A DNA stretch of 52,865 bases, from NCBI RefSeq assembly GCF_004010195.1, contig NC_057718.1, positions 23,606,612 to 23,659,476 of the forward strand. The letters run 5' to 3'. Below, piece by piece: positions 46,923-52,865 of the stretch; position 1 is the first letter of the stretch; each line of letters opens with the position of its first letter. This stretch comes from Chiloscyllium plagiosum. Lineage: Eukaryota. The position numbers and the translations under genes are program-made. Under the pieces are notes generated by a model. That model searched no databases and was not told the DNA's origin. It saw only the letters and a program-made list of their open reading frames with translations.

Positions 46923-49779
46923 CTTTCAAAGTGCTTTGAAGGCTAGTTATAATTTGATGAGGGGAAGTAACTGGGGGCTGTGTCGCACTGTCTGGTGTTG
47001 GATCGAGTGAAGAGGTCGGTGTGACCCGAAGTGTAGACCCTGGCGAGCGCAGAGCTCCAATCGGGCCAGCCTTGCTCAGTGAAGTCGGTGGTAATCTGTT
47101 TTACTGCTGAGTAATAATTTGTGGGTGCGTTCAGCTCAGGGAACCACATTTGAGTTTTGATCACCTGTTTTCCGTCACCGGGTCTTTGCCCGGATGGATC
47201 TCTTTTGACTTTTTTTTTAAAACAAAAGCTACCAGTTATTTCATTCTGCCAGTCTCCGAGAGCCAAGCGGATCAATGTAAACGTGGAGCAATAGATGCTG
47301 AGGGGGAATATACAAACTGGCTGGTGGGGAACGATTGGGACACTTCAGGGCGACTGTGGGAAGTTGGGTCAGTCAGAAATCAGATTTCCACCTGAAAAAC
47401 AGTAGTCATTAATTAGTGGTTAAAACGCCTGGCTAGTGTGTTCATTTATTTCCGTGAACAGCCTGTCGAGATCACTGCAATTACACTTTGCCATTCGTAA
47501 AAAATAAACAGCAAGCAATTAATCTTGTGACCGCCGGCTGCCTTCCCCCTTGCTGTGTTTTTTTCTCCCTTCCTCCTAATCAAACAATCCAAACCCTGAC
47601 ACGGAACCAACCCGGTTGCAATCATTCATAGATTGATAGATTTAAGCAAAAAAGCTAACTGATGTCAAACTGCTGGGTGAGATGATGTGGCAAAAGGTTC
47701 CTACGTTTTCTTTTCAATGAATGGTCAGAGATTTGGTAGACTTTTGAATGAAACAGCAGACTCCCCTGAAATGCCTTGTCTCTGTCACATTTTGCTAAGG
47801 TTAAAAGTTGGGGCATGTTTGCATGGATTGACCCTTCAGTAATTATTAAGAAATAAAAGCAGATTTTCAGCCCTGAACTTCCCACAGTTTCTAAAGCAAA
47901 AAGTGAATGTGTATCCTTCACAAAGGTGAAAATGTGCTTTGCTATAAATTGAGATCTTCAATAATCAGAATCAACAATCAATTACAGGTGTAGTGCAGTT
48001 CAAAACTCCATGGATCGCTTGAATTTTTTTTGTTTTCGATAGGATTAGGTGAGAATTGTATATCGGGGATATATCTGCTTCAGCACTTCAACAGTTAATT
48101 GTATCTCTTTGGATGTCTGCAATGCAGTATCAGGCTTTAAAGGGTTAAGAAACATCTGATAGTCCCTTTATTATTAAATTCTGTGAGAGAATAGAGGATA
48201 ATTCTTCCAATAGCAGGAACATCATCCTGCCTCGAGGACATATCAGCTGTCATCAATGAAACCACAGTCCCAAGTTGGAAGTACCCTCCCCCATCCATAG
48301 GTTAAAAGGGAGACTCTGTGCCACTAATTAACATGATTCAGATTTCGAGCCCCTACTCTCTGACCTAAGGAATCACAGGTTGGCTGAGATAAGTGGGTTT
48401 GGTCTTGCTGGGCTATCGGGAGGCGGGGGAAATCAACTATGGATTCTGCTGCTGGTCACTGTCCTTTTTAAGTGTGTGCAAAATGTTGTCAACAACAAAT
48501 TTGGGCTTGATTGCGAGTCACCCATGGTTAAATAGTCTGCCGTAACACACTGCCTGTGTTCTTAGAACAAGACTGGACATATACTGGCTTGCCACTGGAA
48601 TCATATCCCAATTATAGCCTGTGCACACATTTTGGACAAAAATGGGACTGCAAATTTCTACCAAAATAAGCTGCATTAAAGCACAGCTTTTTCTTTTAAA
48701 ATGAACATGTGTTGCCATCTTCTTAATGTAGCCAAGTCAAGATTGCGTTATTAAATGGCCAGATCGTGATGTGATCTGGACTCCCCTTGGTTAAATCAAA
48801 CTGGTTACTCACTATAGGTCACAATTGTTTTCTATGTAGCTTTTCCTTCTGTAAATGTGCAAAACATCAATTTTTTTCTTTAAAATTGTCTGATGACATT
48901 GTAATTTTTATGGGAATGATCCTACCTTGAAGCGACTATGACCATTTGCAATGTTACCTAAGGTTCGTATCAGGAGCATTCTGCACAAGTACACAACTGA
49001 TGATCAAATGATACTCCTCGAAATGGCAACAAAGTTTTGGAAAACAAAGTTAAAGATTCTATGAATTAATTCAGCCCAAATATAGGAACATTTTTCTGTG
49101 GAGGAGACAATTTTGAAGCGAAAGGCAAAACGTGTTCCAAATATCCATACTGTGTGAAGATATGATGAAAGGATCATTACTTTTTCTGAGCTGTCAACAA
49201 TTGAATGTAACTTTTTGCCCTTAAGTTAGTTTACAGGAGAGAAAAGGATTGTTATTGATCTCATGATTTCCTTAAAAATGTAAGTTTTATGGATCAGCTG
49301 TTTAGGTTTATTAATGACTCTCTAATGACTATATCTACTGAAAGTAATGACTATTTCTATCCAAATCAATTTGCATCCATTTATTCCCCTCAGTCAAAAA
49401 TGTCTGAATTGTCTGACTGTGTGGAACTCTGGATCTAGTCTGTCACACGTCAAAAAAATTCTCAATCATGCTCTCTGTAAATGTTTCCATGTTTAACAAT
49501 CAGAGAGCCTTTAGTCTAACATAAGGTCACTGATGTATGATTGGTGGGGGTGTCAGAGTGAGCTTTAACCCCTTCATTCTGGGTTTGAATTAAACCCAGT
49601 GATAATCTCACTACCTCTCAATTACCACTTCCTTTAATCATCCACTGCCTCCTCACCCAAGGTTTGTTTTGTCCTGAGAATATTATGAGTTAATAAATTA
49701 GAAAATGCTTTATAGTTCCAAGTGTCTCTTTACTTAATGACTATTGGAATCTTTCCGTGCCTGTACAGCCTGCAGTCAG

Positions 49780-49970
49780 GCAAGACAACAATGAGAAGCA
49801 AGGCATGTTTGTCCATTATGGCCTATTGCTAATTTTCTACCCCAAGCTCAAACTCCAGCCTAACCCCTTGGCGCTGTGCGGCCTCGGGCAAACCACACGG
49901 TATAAGCCACTTCCTCGCTGGGGCAAATCACTGTGTGGCTTGTCGCTGTTTCCTCTCCCGTGGCTTTCCA
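49780..49970. promoter_or_regulatory. Candidate enhancer (RUNX/ETS/SOX motif cluster)
   Basis: AACCACA 49891-49897, CACTTCCTC 49908-49916, TGTGGCT 49934-49940, TGTTTCCTC 49947-49955, AACAATG near 49787; locally CpG-rich. Confidence 0.35.
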
Positions 49971-51783
49971 GCATTTCTTTCCATTCCATGAATGAACATG
50001 TCTGAGTCTGCAGCTTTCACTTCACTGTCATTACCATTCACCACTGTTTCCTATGGATTCCACCCTGGATAAGTTCAGGGTGCTTTCGGTCCACATCTGC
50101 AGGGCCTTCACCCCAATTTGGTCTATTCTCAGGACAGCTCTGAGCAGATTTTAGGTGCATAATGCCTTTTAATTGATGAAAGGTATCTAAGACCACAACC
50201 TCAACTCTTTCAGGCTTCAGCTTCATCAGGGACTAAAAAGCAGTCGTCTGCTCCTTTCTGACGGCTGGCCAGCACATCTGATGTGACGCTGGATGATAAA
50301 CAGGCGTTTCAGTCTGGGTTCTCCATGTCTGCAGTGGCAAGCACCTTCTTACTGAGAAACATCCTGCGGCTGGACCAGGGTGACCATAGGCTCAAAGTAA
50401 CAGACAGGCATCTTACCTCAGCATGAAGAGGAGAACCAAGTTTAAAGTGTCATGCTTTCCTTTCTATGTGAGGCAGAAGAGCTGCAAGGTGCTTTCTGAC
50501 TTTCATAGACTGCTTCATTGTATCCTTTCTTTGGAAACTACAAATCGGTCCACTATCTGATCCTAAGATATTTCCACAATCCAAAGACACTGACCTCTCA
50601 CCCTTCCATGAATTAAAAAAAGTCCTGTACTCTGAGCAGGTTTTAAAAACTCCCTTAAATACTGAAGATGCTTATGGTCTGTAAATACATGCACATAGCT
50701 TTTGTAATGCGAGTGTCAGAAAATAAATTTCTATAAATAATAAGAAATGGAATAGTGCTCATTTTACAAAACTTGTAACCCACTCTACTTATATACATTT
50801 CTGCCTTTCCTCTGGGGAAGGGTCACTAGACCCGAAAAGTTAACTCCAATACCTCTTCACGGGTGCTGCCAGATTGCTGAGCTTTTCCAGCAACTTTTAA
50901 TTTTGTTTCTACTTAGTTGACATCCCACCTTGGATAAGTGACAATTTCCTCAAGAAAAATAAATCCAGCAAAGGAAGTTGCTCTCTTCTATTCCAACTGC
51001 AAATGATATACCCTCACCATCGCTATTATCCTTCAGGCTGGTCCCTGTTTGTAGCAGCAGTGTCCTGTTTCATCCTGGCTGATCTTCCCTGCCGAACTCA
51101 TTTTATGTTGACAGCCAACTTCCACAATTAAAGTTTAAAGTTCTGCTTCAAATGTTCAAGTCTCTTCATGACTTCATCCTTTTCCATCCTGACAACTTTA
51201 TCCAGTGTTTCAGCCCCTACATCACACTCACTTCTTGAACTCTTTATTCCCATGACCCTACCTTCTTATAAATTTCCTGCTCAACGTGCTTCATTCTGAG
51301 AGCCTGTACCTTCAATGTTAGCACACAATGAATTCCCTTTCATACCTTTGTCTCACTAAATCGCCTCCGCTTCATAAACCCTCCACATTACAAGAAAATG
51401 CAGTATCTCTCTCGTCACCTTTAAGATCTTTCTTAAACACTGCAATTTCAGCACTTGGTAAGTCGCCCTGCTGATATATCCAATTTCCCCTCTACGACAT
51501 TTCGTAAACATTAAAAGCATGTAAAAATGTAGTGTTATATTCATGCTTAGCTGAGCAACAGAACGAACAATCCATGCCATCTGCATGTCAATACATGCAA
51601 TGCTCTTTGACAATCTTGCTTTTGTTTTGGAGCGTTGATCAACAGAATCAAAAGATTTGGCAGGTTTTGCTTTTTGCAAAATTGAGTTTTGATGTTGAGA
51701 CATAAGCTGTAAAAAATAGCATTTATTTACTGGGTTTTGTGCTGCAGAAAATGTGTAGTCTCATGTTACAATATTCACTTGCA

Positions 51784-51802
51784 TGTGACCTCTAGTGGCA
51801 GC
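51784..51802 (-). promoter_or_regulatory. CTCF-like motif
   Basis: Reverse complement contains TGCCACTAGAGGTCAC; one mismatch to CCACTAGAGGGC. Confidence 0.3.
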
Positions 51803-52389
51803 CTTGTTCACTTGCATTAGTGTCCTTCTGCTAAGCAAGGATGGCGGTCAGGAGGAATGGGATTGGGTGCACGCAGGCAAAAGAGCAAAATGCTAAAAAT
51901 TTGAGACAATAAGAAGGATGTTTGAAATATGCAGCAGGTATATTGGCATCTGAAAGGTGGGGAGGCAGCTTTTCGCATGCATAAGAACAGAGAAATTAAT
52001 TCCAAGCAGGCGTGTGGATACATTGGAAACAAAATCAGAATTTATACAGAAATACAGAAATTGAAGCAGCACAGTCATTTAATGGGTACAAGCACTAAGA
52101 CATTAAAGAAATTGAGCATGAGAGAACAGCTGAGGCAATGAGAGGTCTGAGGTGAGTGGCAGGAATGGAAAGGCTAACGGTCAAATATAGGGGCAGCCAT
52201 CAAAACTACACCATCAGTGAGTGAGAGGGGACTGTTTACACAGGATAAACATTACAGAATTAGCAGAGGAGATACATACAACCTTTGGTTATGGAAAAAT
52301 ATTTCATCATTTTACGTGTATTACACAATGTTAGTGATAAGCTGTTCTACCGTAAATGTTCTACCGTCTTACAAGGATTTTTGTCATGA

Positions 52390-52865
52390 GATAGAACATA
52401 GAAGAATACAGCGCAGTACAGGCCCTTTGGCCCTCAATGTTGCCCCGATCCAAGCCCACCTAACCTACACTAGCCCACTATCCTCCATATGCCTATCCAA
52501 TGCCCGTTTAAATGCCCATAAAGAGGGAGAGTCTACCACTGCTACTGGCAGGGCATTCCATGAACTCACGACTCACTGTGTAAAGAATCTACCCCTAACA
52601 TCTGTCCTATACCTACCACCCCTTAATTTAAAGCTATGCCCCCTCGTAATAGCTGACTCCATACAAGGAAAAAAGTTCTCATGGTCAACCTTATCTAAAC
52701 CCCTAATCATCTTGTACACCTATATCAAGTCACCCCTAAACCTTCTTTACTCCAATGAAAACAGCCCCAAGTGCCTCAGCCTTTCCTCATACAATCTTCC
52801 TACCATACCAGGCAACATCCAGGTAAACCTCCTCTGCACCCGTTCCAGTGCCCCCACATCCTTCC
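52390..52865 (-). mobile_element. Young CR1/HER1-type LINE 3' end, running off the window
   Basis: ATAGAACATAGAA tail; reverse complement encodes ALERVQRRFTWMLPGMVGRLYEERLRHLGLFSLE. Confidence 0.9.

Larger units (their letters stand above)
46200..47620 (+). promoter_or_regulatory. CpG-enriched candidate promoter / exon 1 / intron 1 start of an unidentified gene
   Basis: Visible CpG excess over the rest of the window, TGACATCA (46294-46301), GGGCGG (46332-46337), no TEs, strong donor AAG|GTAAGC at 46600/46601. Confidence 0.55.

Noticed and set aside
49540..49605. LF-SINE-like tRNA head (GAGCTTTAACCCC..CTGGGTTTGAATTAAACCCAG)
   Set aside because: Too short and diverged to support without a profile search.

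Overview
Non-coding-looking vertebrate genomic DNA with two N gaps (27504-27516, 41831-42245). It is almost certainly from an elasmobranch (shark), inferred from HE1/V-SINE copies and CR1/HER1-type LINEs. Bases 1-44.4 kb are a nested pile of decayed retroelements: CR1-group LINE fragments, tRNA-derived SINEs, several Penelope-like element (PLE) families carrying minimal hammerhead-ribozyme motifs, a fossil Ty3/Gypsy gag-protease, probable solo LTRs and one Tc1/pogo-type MITE. No intact host or TE ORF is present; the recognisable ORF-track entries are TE fragments and the rest look like noise. Bases ~44.4-52.4 kb are nearly repeat-free and contain a CpG-richer candidate promoter and first exon (donor AAG|GTAAGC at 46600/46601), an RE1/NRSE-like site and a RUNX/ETS motif cluster. 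I could not identify the gene. The most notable structure is at 15829-19800: two ~95%-identical inverted PLE ends enclose ~3 kb of unrelated, older genomic DNA. The unit is flanked by a 14-bp direct repeat and splits an otherwise contiguous Gypsy gag, which points to PLE-mediated capture and relocation of host DNA. All calls were made by eye; TE boundaries are approximate unless a target-site duplication (TSD) is quoted.
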